Shown here: piece by piece, positions 9,277 to 19,492 of the stretch
Numbering within the stretch: position 1 is the first letter of the stretch
Layout of the letters: every line of letters starts with the position of its first letter
IMG/VR virus record: IMGVR_UViG_2534681978_000021
Reading direction: 5' to 3' (one strand)
Length of the DNA: 39,385 nt
Source: a virus
Taxonomy: Duplodnaviria; Heunggongvirae; Uroviricota; Caudoviricetes
Made by a program: the position numbers and the translations under genes
Notes under the pieces: generated by a model
What the model was told of the DNA's origin: nothing
The model's input: the letters and a program-made list of their open reading frames with translations, nothing else
The model's database searches: none

Positions 9277-9883
9277 TCTCCGGCGCTCCTGTCTTACTGC
9301 CTTTGCCGTTATCCTGATGCACATGGCCGGAATAGGTGATCCCGGCAATAACGGCATCAGACATCGTGAACAGCCCGTCTGATTTACCTGTACCATCAAG
9401 CACGAAATTACCCTTAACATGCAGGTTTTTATCCACCGTCACATTGCCCGTAAAGGTGGCCTCCGGCGTATCCACCCGCATCCCCTCATCGGCGTAAATC
9501 TCCAGCATTTTGCATGTCACAATAATGCGACCATCCTTTGTTAACCGTATCCGGTGCCCCTCATGGTGATACACCCCCGTATCTCCGGCTGTGAGTCCGG
9601 TCGGGCGGCTGCGCCGGTCTTCCACCACAAGCACCACAGTCTGATCCCGCTGTCCGCCCAGACAGGCAAAAAAGGTTTCCGCACCCGGCAGGGGAACGCT
9701 GATCTGCCCGTACTGCTGGGGACGCTCCACATCATCAAAGGTTTCGCCGTCCATGCCGGTGAGCTGCACATTCTGCATTTTCAGTTCGTCATGTGTGCCG
9801 GTCAGAACGCCCCGGCCAAACAACAGGCGAATACCGCGCGTTACCGGGGCAATCAGGCGGCTGAACACTTCATCATTCATCAA
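9269..9883 (-). CDS. baseplate spike/V-like protein (Mu gp45 position)
   Basis: 204 aa, synteny. Confidence 0.55.
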   Translation of the reverse strand: MMNDEVFSRLIAPVTRGIRLLFGRGVLTGTHDELKMQNVQLTGMDGETFDDVERPQQYGQISVPLPGAETFFACLGGQRDQTVVLVVEDRRSRPTGLTAGDTGVYHHEGHRIRLTKDGRIIVTCKMLEIYADEGMRVDTPEATFTGNVTVDKNLHVKGNFVLDGTGKSDGLFTMSDAVIAGITYSGHVHQDNGKGSKTGAPENG

Positions 9884-10997
9884 AGCTGATCCCCTGTTTT
9901 TTCATCTGCTGGCGAATAAAGGCATCAACATCGTCACCGGAACCACCCCGGCCCTTACTGTCCGGCTCTGCCGGAACGATAAAGCCGTCACGCGGTGCCA
10001 GTACCAGCCGGGTGACTTCCCCGTTATGTTCATCAAGTAAAAACTCCACCTGACAGACCAGCAGTTCAGTCTGTTCTATACCGAAACGCAGGGCTGAAAC
10101 ACCGGTCAGCAGATTGACATCCCATAACCGGCCATCATCCCGGAACCAGCCACGCACGGTGGCAGAAAACCGTTCTGAACGGGCAATCGCACGGCGCATT
10201 TCACGCAGGGCACGCTGCCGTGCACCGGTGGTGTCTGTCTGTTGATCGGCGAGGATGATTTTCGGCCGGTAGCGGCCGATCTGCTCATCACTGATGACGC
10301 CCACAGGTGCTGCCAGACGGGCGGCGGATTCGCTGTCTCCCCGTTTGCCACCACCGCGCCCGTGTCCCCGGACACGGTATTCGCTGTATCGTCCTCGCCA
10401 GTCCGTGTTGTAATCGGCATCAAGCAGGTTATCTCCCAGCACCAGTCTGTCCGTCTGCTGGCTTCCTGCCTGGGTGAACACCAGATCGCCGTCAGCATTA
10501 CTGGTCACCAGCACCCCGCGATGCCGGGCAGCACGGGTCAGCGCATCCGCCACGGTTTCTGAGTTTTCCAGCGTAAAAGAGCTGAAGGGGCGTGCAGCCG
10601 TGTCGTCGTTAACCTGCCAGCGCACGGCTATCCCGAAGGGCGCACATAAATCTGCGGCAATCTGTGCCAGCGTCCGGTTGCGCCACTGGCTGCCGGGATG
10701 GATGGCGGCACAGTCCACCAGGTCGCCGGTTTTATCCCGACCGCTGATGCTGATCTGATGACGGGTTGCACTGATCCGCTGACTGACCTGATCCAGCCAG
10801 CCACTGATGACCGTCTGCCCGTTAATTCTGAGCGTCAGGGACTGACCGGTTCGCAGGGCTGAGGGGATGCGCTCACCGGGCAGCATCAGCCCCAGTTCAA
10901 ACGACCCGGCCAGATGCTCCAGCGAGCGACGGACGCTGACCGTCAGCCAGCCGGAAAAAATCTCACCGCCCAGATACAGTTCAACCCTGCTGCTCAC
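9873..10997 (-). CDS. baseplate hub protein (Mu gp44 position)
   Basis: 374 aa, synteny. Confidence 0.6.
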   Translation of the reverse strand: MSSRVELYLGGEIFSGWLTVSVRRSLEHLAGSFELGLMLPGERIPSALRTGQSLTLRINGQTVISGWLDQVSQRISATRHQISISGRDKTGDLVDCAAIHPGSQWRNRTLAQIAADLCAPFGIAVRWQVNDDTAARPFSSFTLENSETVADALTRAARHRGVLVTSNADGDLVFTQAGSQQTDRLVLGDNLLDADYNTDWRGRYSEYRVRGHGRGGGKRGDSESAARLAAPVGVISDEQIGRYRPKIILADQQTDTTGARQRALREMRRAIARSERFSATVRGWFRDDGRLWDVNLLTGVSALRFGIEQTELLVCQVEFLLDEHNGEVTRLVLAPRDGFIVPAEPDSKGRGGSGDDVDAFIRQQMKKQGISFDE

Positions 10998-12351
10998 TAA
11001 TCACCTCCACTGAATGGCCTCCGGGAATGAACAGCGGATCAACAATACCGTTACGGCGCACAAAACGTTGCCAGCCGGTACTGTTCCCGGTGGCACGGTA
11101 CAGGGTCACCAGTGCAGGCTCGGTGGTACGTACAGTCACTACTGTTGCACCGGGTAGCTGAACTCCCCGTGTATTCAGATCCTCTGTCAGTGCCAGTCTG
11201 GCATCACGAAGCGTCAGCGCCGTGGCGGTATACCCCTGCCCGGACAGTGTCATCACCTGCCGTTCGAGCGCTTCGCTTAAGTCACGGTTAATGCGCTGAA
11301 GATCAACTGAACTTTCCAGCCAGACAGGCCAGGTACGGTGGGCTGCGTCACTGTCCGGCAGGGTTTCCTGACTGAGAACCTGATCCAGCAGTTTTCCCAC
11401 GGTCTGTGCCTGGGCCACCACGGCAGCACTCTGCATTACCGCCCGTATCAGACGAATATTCTTTTGTGCTGCCGGTGTCAGACCGATGAGAGTCTGCGGA
11501 TTATCCTGCTCATCCAGCACGTAACGCAGGGAAGATAATGTCCTGTACAGTTGCGGCATTCCCTGAGAGACGGCGGATGTCGTCCGACCGATACTGCCTC
11601 CGGGCCGGGTATTCAGGCCTCCTGAAGACAGTGACGGCAGCGATGGCAGGGTGATCAGGGCACTGAAAAGCCCCGCAAAAGATGAGGCCATGCGGGAAGG
11701 TGCTGTCAGTAATGCCGTGGCATTCCCTTTCAGCGCCGTGAACGTGGCAGTAAAGGCACTGATATCCTGTACAATCCCCATGCCGGAAACGGCATTTTCC
11801 AGGGCGGACACCTTATCGCTGATGGTTTCGGTCATTGCCTGGACATCGTGCATTCCGTCAGAAATCACCGTCCAGCCCGCTTCCAGGGTTTCAAAAACCT
11901 TCCCGAGCGCGGTGGTACTCTTCTGCTCCAGAATGGCGGCCGTGTCCTGTGTGACAGCAGGTGCGGTATCATCACTTACCGGCGTGACATTAATGGTGAA
12001 CTCAACCACGCCCTGTTCAGCAGCGTTATAACGACTTTCAAAGCTGTTTATCAGCACATTTAACGTGCCGTAATCCGGGTGAAGCAGCTCCCCGGCACCG
12101 GGAGCACGAAGGGCATCACGCAGACGATTTCGCTGTGTCTGAACATCATCCCCCATCACAAGTACACTGAACGTAAATTCAGCCAGTTTAGGTCCCAGAT
12201 CGTCTGCACCACCGGTTTCCCGTAACGGATACTCCCGACGGACAATGTTTCGCCCGCCACGTTCGCGCTGCTCACGCCAGACGAGGAACGGCACACCACG
12301 GAACGCACCACGACCGTCACCAGAGGCCATAATTCCCTCCGTTCCAGACAT
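10981..12351 (-). CDS. DNA circulation protein-like (Mu gp43 position)
   Basis: 456 aa directly downstream of tape measure gene. Confidence 0.55.
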   Translation of the reverse strand: MSGTEGIMASGDGRGAFRGVPFLVWREQRERGGRNIVRREYPLRETGGADDLGPKLAEFTFSVLVMGDDVQTQRNRLRDALRAPGAGELLHPDYGTLNVLINSFESRYNAAEQGVVEFTINVTPVSDDTAPAVTQDTAAILEQKSTTALGKVFETLEAGWTVISDGMHDVQAMTETISDKVSALENAVSGMGIVQDISAFTATFTALKGNATALLTAPSRMASSFAGLFSALITLPSLPSLSSGGLNTRPGGSIGRTTSAVSQGMPQLYRTLSSLRYVLDEQDNPQTLIGLTPAAQKNIRLIRAVMQSAAVVAQAQTVGKLLDQVLSQETLPDSDAAHRTWPVWLESSVDLQRINRDLSEALERQVMTLSGQGYTATALTLRDARLALTEDLNTRGVQLPGATVVTVRTTEPALVTLYRATGNSTGWQRFVRRNGIVDPLFIPGGHSVEVISEQQG

Positions 12352-14392
12352 TCACATCCAGTCCGTGACCGGACGTGTCATCAATATCAATACTGCGAGC
12401 CTGCCACCCTTCCGGGGCAACCAGCTCCACACGGGCAGAGGCTTTTTGTACCGCCTGTCCACTGCTTTCATCATCACTGCCCCGTAATTTCTGCCAGGCT
12501 TCAGTCAGCCATCCCCCCAGATAGTTACCGAGATAGCTGCCCACCGTAGAACCAATGGCAATCCCCACAGGTCCGGCTGCCGCCCCCAGCGCACCACCGG
12601 CAATACTGCCTGCAAGAGAGCCGACCGCTTCTCCCTTGTCTGTGGCACTGGCGCTGCCATCCAGCAGAACCGGGGCTGCCATCGCGCCAGCCCACAGGGC
12701 ACCTCCACCCAGCCGGCCGGCCAGTCCACCGGCACTGCGGAAAAAGCCGGAGAAACGCCCCAGCCCCATGCGGCTACCGACAGACGAAAGTAACCCACCG
12801 GCGCGCCCCATCATGCGCCCCCAGAACCCTGCCCCACCAGAAGAGGGAGACGGTGGCACTGGGGACGGTGGCAGGGGGGGCGTGACCGGTCTTCCGCGCC
12901 CCGGTCCGCGTTTCCTGCGGCCCCGCCCCTGACGTCCGCCTGAGGATGTATCGGTCGCGCCGGTGCCGGACAGTCCTCCTGTGGGCCAGTTTGTTACAAG
13001 TACTGGCTGAACGGCTGCCGGATTTACCCCGGTAAGAAAGTTTATAAAACGTTGCCCTCGTCCCTGAGATGTGCCTGGTGGTGTTCCGGCCGGAGGAGAG
13101 CGCCGGAAAGGTGAGGTCAGGAAGGCCGCCGCTGATAATCCGTATCCCAGCAATGCAGCACCCGGACGTATAATCCCCGTTCCGACAGCTCGCGCCATTT
13201 TCAGGGCACGGGTGGCGAGATACATGTACAGCAGGTATTTCGCGGCGGTCTGTGCCCCCTGACCAATGCGATCCAGCGCATCACCATAGCCCGCATCCCG
13301 CAGAGCCTGAAGCGTGTCGCGTACCTTTCTGATCGCCTGATAAAACCCTGTCACTGCATCACGGGCATACTCAAAGCCCTGGTTCATGGCTGATGCCGTG
13401 CTTTCCGCCAGGGAATGGTAACTGCCATCAGATTTGGCACTGTCAACCCATGAAAGAAATCCCCTGAGATTACCCTTCAGTTTTTCAAATGGCCCACTGT
13501 CCATCACATCCCGGGCAAACTGGTCCCAGACGTCACCCATCATGGCCGTCAGGCCACTCCAGGAATTCATTGCGTCCTTTTGTGCTCCCCTGGCCTGTTC
13601 CGCCAGCGTCTGAAATAACAGGCGAATACTGTCCGGCCCAAGCAGCCCTTTTTCACCAAGTTTTCTGACCACTTTCTGGTCCACACCCAGACGATCAGCC
13701 AGCACGCGGTAGGCATTAATGCCGTAGGTGGCAAGAATATTTGCATCCGCCGCCTGAATACTGCCTCTTGCATACATCTGTTTCAGTTGCAGGGATGCCC
13801 CCTGTGCATCGGACAGTGACCAGCCGCCCACGGCACCCTGATCCTGAAGCATGGTGACAAAATTTCGGGCCTCCCTGTCACTCATACCAAAGCCCAGACT
13901 GGACGTATATTCCTGCATGACGCCAGCCAGCCCCCAGGTGGTTTCCTTCGCATTCTGTATTGCCCACCTGCGGACATCATCAGTTTTCGCCCGATCCCCT
14001 TTGTAAAGGGAGTTCAGGCGAATCATATAGGTTTCCATCTCCGCTGCCGGGCGAATAAATCCCCGGTTAAAGCCATATACAGCAGCACCACCGGCCAGCA
14101 TTCCGTAAAGATTGCTGATCCGCCCGATGGTGCCGGTAATACTGCCCTGAAGACGGTCAAAATCAGAAGTGACATGGCGGATACTGCCCCGCACCCCGGC
14201 CAGCGTGCGCTGCATCCTGCTTCCGAGTACATCTGTTTCCTGCCCGGCACGGCGGGCAGCATTTCCCAGGCCACCCAGCCCCGCCTGGCCGGAGCGTGAG
14301 AATGCCCCCAGCTCCTGTGACCACTGGCGGGATTTGGCTGAGATATTGCCGAGCAAATCAACTATCAGAGATGCTCTGAGATTTCGGGCCAT
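12317..14392 (-). CDS. tail tape measure protein
   Basis: 691 aa with long Gly/Ala/Pro-rich low-complexity C-terminal half; position after tube/chaperone genes. Confidence 0.7.
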   Translation of the reverse strand: MARNLRASLIVDLLGNISAKSRQWSQELGAFSRSGQAGLGGLGNAARRAGQETDVLGSRMQRTLAGVRGSIRHVTSDFDRLQGSITGTIGRISNLYGMLAGGAAVYGFNRGFIRPAAEMETYMIRLNSLYKGDRAKTDDVRRWAIQNAKETTWGLAGVMQEYTSSLGFGMSDREARNFVTMLQDQGAVGGWSLSDAQGASLQLKQMYARGSIQAADANILATYGINAYRVLADRLGVDQKVVRKLGEKGLLGPDSIRLLFQTLAEQARGAQKDAMNSWSGLTAMMGDVWDQFARDVMDSGPFEKLKGNLRGFLSWVDSAKSDGSYHSLAESTASAMNQGFEYARDAVTGFYQAIRKVRDTLQALRDAGYGDALDRIGQGAQTAAKYLLYMYLATRALKMARAVGTGIIRPGAALLGYGLSAAAFLTSPFRRSPPAGTPPGTSQGRGQRFINFLTGVNPAAVQPVLVTNWPTGGLSGTGATDTSSGGRQGRGRRKRGPGRGRPVTPPLPPSPVPPSPSSGGAGFWGRMMGRAGGLLSSVGSRMGLGRFSGFFRSAGGLAGRLGGGALWAGAMAAPVLLDGSASATDKGEAVGSLAGSIAGGALGAAAGPVGIAIGSTVGSYLGNYLGGWLTEAWQKLRGSDDESSGQAVQKASARVELVAPEGWQARSIDIDDTSGHGLDVNVWNGGNYGLW

Positions 14393-14518
14393 ACTTACTG
14401 CTTCGTTCTGATGATTTTTTCTGTCTGTCGGCAGTGCCGGTAAAGTTGCGACAGGGGGAGGTTAAGCGCCCATTCCGGACCGCTTTTTGTCACCATCCCT
14501 AGGATAATTGCCGCTTCT

Positions 14519-14995
14519 TCAATCTGATCCCGACACTGCGCCTGATCGCCCCCGGTCAGCTGCCAGCTTTCCGGCAAGCGCGGTATCCAGCAGGCTGACC
14601 GCTGCCATCAGGCGGGAGAGATCGCGCTCGCTTAACTGTCCAATCTGACGGGGTGACAACGGACCTTCAATGTCTCCCACTGCGGCAATCTGACGGCGCA
14701 GCAGTGCAACACCGCGTAACGACGGAGACGCTATCAGCATCGGGCCATTGTTTGTCTCCACCACGCGCTCGGCTTCTGCTTCTGCGTCAATACTGTCTTT
14801 CGCTGTCAGTTCCCGGAACGTGACACGATATTCACGGGTCTCACCAAACGGCAGACCATCAAGCAGATCCACATATCCCTTTGCCAGTTGCTCTGTCAGC
14901 CCGGCAGTGCGTGGATCAGCCCCCTCAAGTGCTTCCCGGATTGCCTCCATCACGGCTGCCTCGGAAACTGCCGTTTTTTTCTTACGTGTGGTCAT
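14519..14995 (-). CDS. tail assembly protein (Mu gp41 position)
   Basis: ORF between tube and tape measure; start chosen at ATG with AGGA RBS (MTTRKKK...). Confidence 0.5.
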   Translation of the reverse strand: MTTRKKKTAVSEAAVMEAIREALEGADPRTAGLTEQLAKGYVDLLDGLPFGETREYRVTFRELTAKDSIDAEAEAERVVETNNGPMLIASPSLRGVALLRRQIAAVGDIEGPLSPRQIGQLSERDLSRLMAAVSLLDTALAGKLAADRGRSGAVSGSD

Positions 14996-15009
14996 TTTAT
15001 TTTTCCTGA

Positions 15010-15375
15010 TCACTGAACACGGGTACTGGAGGCGCTGGCGAACTTCACGGAGATCTCCCCGCCACCGTCAAGCGAGGCCGGTTCACTGCTCCAGGCCTTC
15101 GTCATCATGTGGACTTCACCGGTATCGGCCACGAACTCAATCGTGACCGCAGTCCAGGTGTTGATTTCATCGGCAGCCGGTGAACCTTCTCCGCCAGCCG
15201 GAAATTTACAGTCCAGCGTCGCCTCACGGGGTTTCTCGCGATAGCCGTAGACTTTCGCGCCTTTCACCACTTCACGCTCAAAGCCGGACGGGGAGAACGT
15301 GGCTCCCTCAAGGGTGGCGTACTCCTGTCCGTTCACACGGATGGTGGCCGTGCCCTGATACTGTTTTCCGCTCAT
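15010..15375 (-). CDS. tail tube protein
   Basis: 121 aa immediately downstream of sheath gene; GAGGTAAGG RBS. Confidence 0.55.
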   Translation of the reverse strand: MSGKQYQGTATIRVNGQEYATLEGATFSPSGFEREVVKGAKVYGYREKPREATLDCKFPAGGEGSPAADEINTWTAVTIEFVADTGEVHMMTKAWSSEPASLDGGGEISVKFASASSTRVQ

Positions 15376-15383
15376 GCCTTACC

Positions 15384-16454
15384 TCACAAAATGAAACGGA
15401 TCTGCGCGGCCATGAAGCGGAACTGGTTAACCAGATCCGGTGTACACATCACATCCAGACGGTTACGGTCTTTTGTGTTGCGCTCCACGAGCAGATTCTT
15501 TTTAAAGGTGTCCAGATTTTCGACCAGTCCCAGATCCACCCATTCTTCCCCCAGTGCAATCAGCTGGAGCGTCATAATCTCCGGCGTCACGATATTCTGA
15601 CCGGGCCGGACGGGAGTACCGTTATCGGCCAGTTTGTGGCGCGGGAAACGCTGCGTGATAAAGGTGCGCAGAGAATAACGCAGATATGACAGGGTGTAGA
15701 TGGTTTCCACATCCAGATAGCTGGGATCGCTTTCGCCGTATGCATTCTGACGGTACATCGTCACCTGACGTTCAATCTGCACCACATCAGCGGCCGCGAC
15801 GGTCACCGTGGACATGCCGGTATAAAGCAGGCTGTTTCGTTCTTCCCGCGTCAGACGAGCCGGTGCTTCAGGTGCCATACGGGCAGGCAGCGCCAGTGTC
15901 TGTAATGGTCGGGCCGGATCCGTTGACAGGGAGGGCGCACAGACCGCACAAATGGAGGCCGCCCAGACATAATCCGGCTCTGGTGCTTTAGGAATAGAAG
16001 TGCAGGTAAACAGGAAGTCATTACGGGATTCACCAAAACTGGTTGCCGTACCGAAGGTGCCGGTATGCGCCATCCAGACCATACCGTCCGACATTTTTAC
16101 CGGTCCCCAGCGTTTCAGCAGTTCATCCGCCAGAATTTTGAGATTTGCCGCATCCTTATAGGGCATGACGATGTAGTTGTACTGACGATTCCCCATCCCT
16201 GAGACGCTACGGGTGATATCGGGGTTTGTTGCCTTCTGTGTTGGCGCGACGAGCTCCAGCGTAAGACCGGCCGGTGTAGTTTCACCGTCATAATAGTTCA
16301 CCCGTAAATCATGAGCTGAGCATTCACCGATAAAGCGGGCGTTAACCCCCATGCTGCCTTTAAGTCCTTCAGCATTATCACCACTGACTTCAGCTGCGAT
16401 AGCAGTGAATGGCGCATCAGTGTCAGCGTTAATGACCTTAACCAGCTCTTCCAC
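15384..16454 (-). CDS. tail sheath protein, C-terminal portion (gene interrupted by a frameshift)
   Basis: 356-aa ORF continuing the sheath gene after a frame change; listed start is GTG. Confidence 0.7.
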   Translation of the reverse strand: MEELVKVINADTDAPFTAIAAEVSGDNAEGLKGSMGVNARFIGECSAHDLRVNYYDGETTPAGLTLELVAPTQKATNPDITRSVSGMGNRQYNYIVMPYKDAANLKILADELLKRWGPVKMSDGMVWMAHTGTFGTATSFGESRNDFLFTCTSIPKAPEPDYVWAASICAVCAPSLSTDPARPLQTLALPARMAPEAPARLTREERNSLLYTGMSTVTVAAADVVQIERQVTMYRQNAYGESDPSYLDVETIYTLSYLRYSLRTFITQRFPRHKLADNGTPVRPGQNIVTPEIMTLQLIALGEEWVDLGLVENLDTFKKNLLVERNTKDRNRLDVMCTPDLVNQFRFMAAQIRFIL

Positions 16455-16885
16455 AAGCTCTTTACCTTTTTCCCCTTACTGACGGGCAGGAGGTAACGGC
16501 GACCGCCGATGTAAACACTTAATACCCCGTCTGCCAATGCTGTTCCAATGATATTCATCACGCATGCCCTGGACTGACCTGTTCCAGCCCCCTGTGCAAT
16601 GGCATATAACTCTGTGTCAGGGTTAATGGCGATAAATTCCTCTACCATCAGTGCAATCATGGAACCTCGCCCCCAGAGTTCTCTTGCTTGTGAAGCTCGG
16701 GTAATACGTACTGGTACATCAAGCTGACCGCGCCCCTGAATGGTAGTGTCTTTCATTGCAGCCTGACCAAACAACAGTACCGCCTGACGCTGTGGTGGAG
16801 TGCCGGTCACGGCCATTGAATTATTGATTTCAATCTGTACCAGCGGAATGCGATTGTTATCGCCGATATAATCAAAGTTAATCAT
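16298..16885 (-). CDS. tail sheath protein, N-terminal portion (frameshifted; residues after about 16470 are out of frame)
   Basis: 195-aa ORF with AAGGGGA RBS; together with 15384..16454 gives a sheath-sized protein of about 500 aa. Confidence 0.7.
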   Translation of the reverse strand: MINFDYIGDNNRIPLVQIEINNSMAVTGTPPQRQAVLLFGQAAMKDTTIQGRGQLDVPVRITRASQARELWGRGSMIALMVEEFIAINPDTELYAIAQGAGTGQSRACVMNIIGTALADGVLSVYIGGRRYLLPVSKGKKVKSLWKSWLRSLTLTLMRHSLLSQLKSVVIMLKDLKAAWGLTPALSVNAQLMIYG

Positions 16886-17163
16886 CAGGACGTCCCCTTA
16901 TCTGATGCTGCGGTTTTTTCAGCCACCGCCGCAGTTTTTTCTGCTACCGCTCCCGCTGGTTTTGCAGCCTCGCCGGTATTAGCAGTTGTGGCAGCCGGGG
17001 CAGGCTCCGCCGTTTTATCCACCACAATGACGTCGCCATCATTAAGACGGCGGCACCAGAACGGGGTGAAGGGTTTCTCTTCACCGTCCTGTGAGAGCGG
17101 AGTCATCGTGTCGGGATCGCGAATCAGGCATCCCGGCGCAGGTTTAATAAAAATGGTTGTCAT
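16885..17163 (-). CDS. small tail-region protein (Mu gp38 position)
   Basis: 92-aa ORF, synteny. Confidence 0.45.
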   Translation of the reverse strand: MTTIFIKPAPGCLIRDPDTMTPLSQDGEEKPFTPFWCRRLNDGDVIVVDKTAEPAPAATTANTGEAAKPAGAVAEKTAAVAEKTAASDKGTS

Positions 17164-17166
17164 CTG

Positions 17167-17730
17167 TTATTCCTCTGACGGTCCGGCGTTTTCACCGGCG
17201 GCAGTTGCACCAGGCAGACGGATGTGTGCCTTAAACTCCGGCGTGCCTTCCGGTTCGGTAAAGGTTTCGTAATGGCGCAGGAAATCATCCAGCGAGCTGA
17301 TATCCGTCAGCGGGTCGATCATTTCCTCGCATGAGAAATACAGGGCGTACATCACGGCACCGCTGCCTGCCTGCGTTTCGGTGTAACCGTTGACCGCCTT
17401 TTCAAAGTAAAGCGGTGAGGTTTTTTCTGCTCTGAAGCCGTCCAGCACGGTAATCAGGCGGGCCACAATCTGATAAAGCCCGGGACGGCTGACCTCACGG
17501 CCATTGAGCATGTCGCCGATGACGTAGAACACCCAGTGACTGACCAGACGCCCACGGGTACGCCCTTCACCGGCACCCAGCCAGGCAACATAGATAGCCG
17601 GGGCGTTAATCAGCATGGTGCGCAGTACGCTGTCGCTCCAGTCGCCGGGATGTGTGTCAACAGACACCAGTTCATTCCCGAAATACTCACGGATACGGGC
17701 GATGTACGCCTGCTCGGTTTCCGTAATCAT
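17167..17730 (-). CDS. head-tail joining/tail completion protein (Mu gp37 position)
   Basis: 187 aa, synteny. Confidence 0.5.
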   Translation of the reverse strand: MITETEQAYIARIREYFGNELVSVDTHPGDWSDSVLRTMLINAPAIYVAWLGAGEGRTRGRLVSHWVFYVIGDMLNGREVSRPGLYQIVARLITVLDGFRAEKTSPLYFEKAVNGYTETQAGSGAVMYALYFSCEEMIDPLTDISSLDDFLRHYETFTEPEGTPEFKAHIRLPGATAAGENAGPSEE

Positions 17731-18146
17731 ATAAAGCCCTTCTGGTTGCGCCCGAACACCGCCGCATCAGACTGCACCTGCGGTAAATCCCCGGATTCAG
17801 GGGCCGCACCGTCTGTATCCACGCCGACCGGCACGTTACCGTTCATGACATCTTTCAGCCAGGCCAGCGCCTCACGGTAACGGTCACGCGCCTGATCGGA
17901 TGCCCGCTGATCGCACAGGTAATAAAAGGCAATCGTGCAGCAATGCTGAACAAGGACCGCCGGAACCACCGCCAGCGGCAGCGTGTAACGGGAAGACAGA
18001 TAGCTGTCGATAAGGGCAGACGCGTCCGTCAGTGCCCGGTTCAGCTTGCGCGTGTCCGGTTCATCCGAACGGGGCACGGCCAGTAATGGCCTGAGCAAAT
18101 CCTCGCGGTAACGTGCCCGCATATCGGTTTCGGTGGCGTAATTCAT
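17727..18146 (-). CDS. head-tail connector protein (Mu gp36 position)
   Basis: 139 aa, synteny. Confidence 0.5.
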   Translation of the reverse strand: MNYATETDMRARYREDLLRPLLAVPRSDEPDTRKLNRALTDASALIDSYLSSRYTLPLAVVPAVLVQHCCTIAFYYLCDQRASDQARDRYREALAWLKDVMNGNVPVGVDTDGAAPESGDLPQVQSDAAVFGRNQKGFI

Positions 18147-18502
18147 GCGCGCGCCTTTTTCGCCTGTCTGGCGTTATTGCCGGTCTTTTTCCGGGGAGCA
18201 TCCTGTACGGTTTCGGCTTCGGCTAAATCTGCACCGGTCTCTGCATGAACCACACCCGCCACGGCTCCCGCATCATCACCAGGCGTCTGTAGTATTCGTA
18301 CAGTGAGGCATGGCTCCGCTTCCAGTCGGGCAAGCTGCTCCGGGGTGACGTCAACCTGCTGGCGTCCCCGCATGAACAGGAACCCCGCACGACGAAAATG
18401 CGTACGACTGCAACGCACTTCTGCCAGTACCGTGACAGGACTGTCACCACTGACCTGAAGGCCTGAATCATCTGTTGCTGCCACAGTGTGATGTTCATTC
18501 AT
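18143..18502 (-). CDS. head completion protein (Mu gp35 position)
   Basis: 119 aa, synteny. Confidence 0.45.
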   Translation of the reverse strand: MNEHHTVAATDDSGLQVSGDSPVTVLAEVRCSRTHFRRAGFLFMRGRQQVDVTPEQLARLEAEPCLTVRILQTPGDDAGAVAGVVHAETGADLAEAETVQDAPRKKTGNNARQAKKARA

Positions 18503-18545
18503 ATTTGCCCTCCGCAGGGGCCGGGCCGTAAGCCCGGCTCACCGT

Positions 18546-19289
18546 TTACAGATAATCCGCGACAACCAGCTCCAGCTTGCCCTTCATCTCGTTAGAGACT
18601 GTGGCGTTACCGTCTGCGAACAGCTCGCGCTCCAGCAGCTGCACCGCCTGTTTTTCCAGCGAGGTGGGGACAACAATATGGGTGGGTTTGATGCCGAGTT
18701 TGCGGCCACCGTCAGCCTTAAAGTCACGCATGGCTGACCAGCCGTGCCACAGCGCATCCAGCGTCAGCGGTGACTGCATCATGTAGGCCATCTGCCAGAA
18801 GCCGTAGCCCACATTGCGACGGGCGGAAGCACCGAACACAAACTCGTTATCAGTAAACGCACGGCCTTCATCGACTTTTGTCTGGGCAACCAGTTCGGCC
18901 TTGCGGCGATCCTGATAAATCAGCGGTTTTACCGCGCGGGAGCAGTCAAGCAGATACCAGGCCGGGCCGCTGTAATCCACCTGTGCACCGACAGAGCCGG
19001 TTTTTGCCACAAACATATTGCTGACCATCTGTGCATCACCGGAGCCATCCACTTTGGGGTAAACAGGGTGTTCGGTATCAAAGAAGTTCTGGCCGTCATA
19101 GCAGGCCGCATTCAGACCATCACGCAGTGCAGCAAAGACCAGTTCATCCGGTTGTGCCGCCGCAGCGCGCCCCATCTCCTGGAACAACGGGGAGTAGATG
19201 CCAAGATTGTCGTCTTCAAAGTCATCGCGGCTAATGGCAACGGTGCCTTCAAAGGTTTTGTTCACGATGGCGTAGCCATAGGCTTTCAT
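18546..19289 (-). CDS. major capsid protein, C-terminal portion (gene split by frameshift)
   Basis: 247-aa ORF; its frame is already open upstream of the listed start (…QFPQFREWIGSRVIEK-MKAYGY…). Confidence 0.65.
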   Translation of the reverse strand: MKAYGYAIVNKTFEGTVAISRDDFEDDNLGIYSPLFQEMGRAAAAQPDELVFAALRDGLNAACYDGQNFFDTEHPVYPKVDGSGDAQMVSNMFVAKTGSVGAQVDYSGPAWYLLDCSRAVKPLIYQDRRKAELVAQTKVDEGRAFTDNEFVFGASARRNVGYGFWQMAYMMQSPLTLDALWHGWSAMRDFKADGGRKLGIKPTHIVVPTSLEKQAVQLLERELFADGNATVSNEMKGKLELVVADYL

Positions 19290-19492
19290 CTTCTCGATGA
19301 CGCGGGAGCCGATCCACTCACGGAACTGCGGGAACTGCCCAGCCAGCCGTAGGTGTTGGATTTCGACGTGGACGGTACGGTCATCGCAATTTTCTGGTAC
19401 TGAGACGGAGCCATGGACATCCCGGCCTGAAAATCAGAACGGTAGCCCGTCATCAGGGCGGTGATCATCGCCGGTGTGATCGGGGTAGGCAT
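19286..19492 (-). CDS. major capsid protein, N-terminal portion (frameshifted)
   Basis: 68-aa ORF starting immediately after the protease/scaffold gene; C-terminal residues (SSRSSVSGSAPASSRR) look like out-of-frame translation. Confidence 0.6.
   Translation of the reverse strand: MPTPITPAMITALMTGYRSDFQAGMSMAPSQYQKIAMTVPSTSKSNTYGWLGSSRSSVSGSAPASSRR

Noticed and set aside
8839-9420. Long version of the baseplate gp46-position ORF overlapping the upstream gene by about 150 bp
   Set aside because: The internal ATG at 9276 overlaps the upstream stop (ATGGCTGA) and gives a clean start; the upstream extension is Cys-rich and unlikely to be coding
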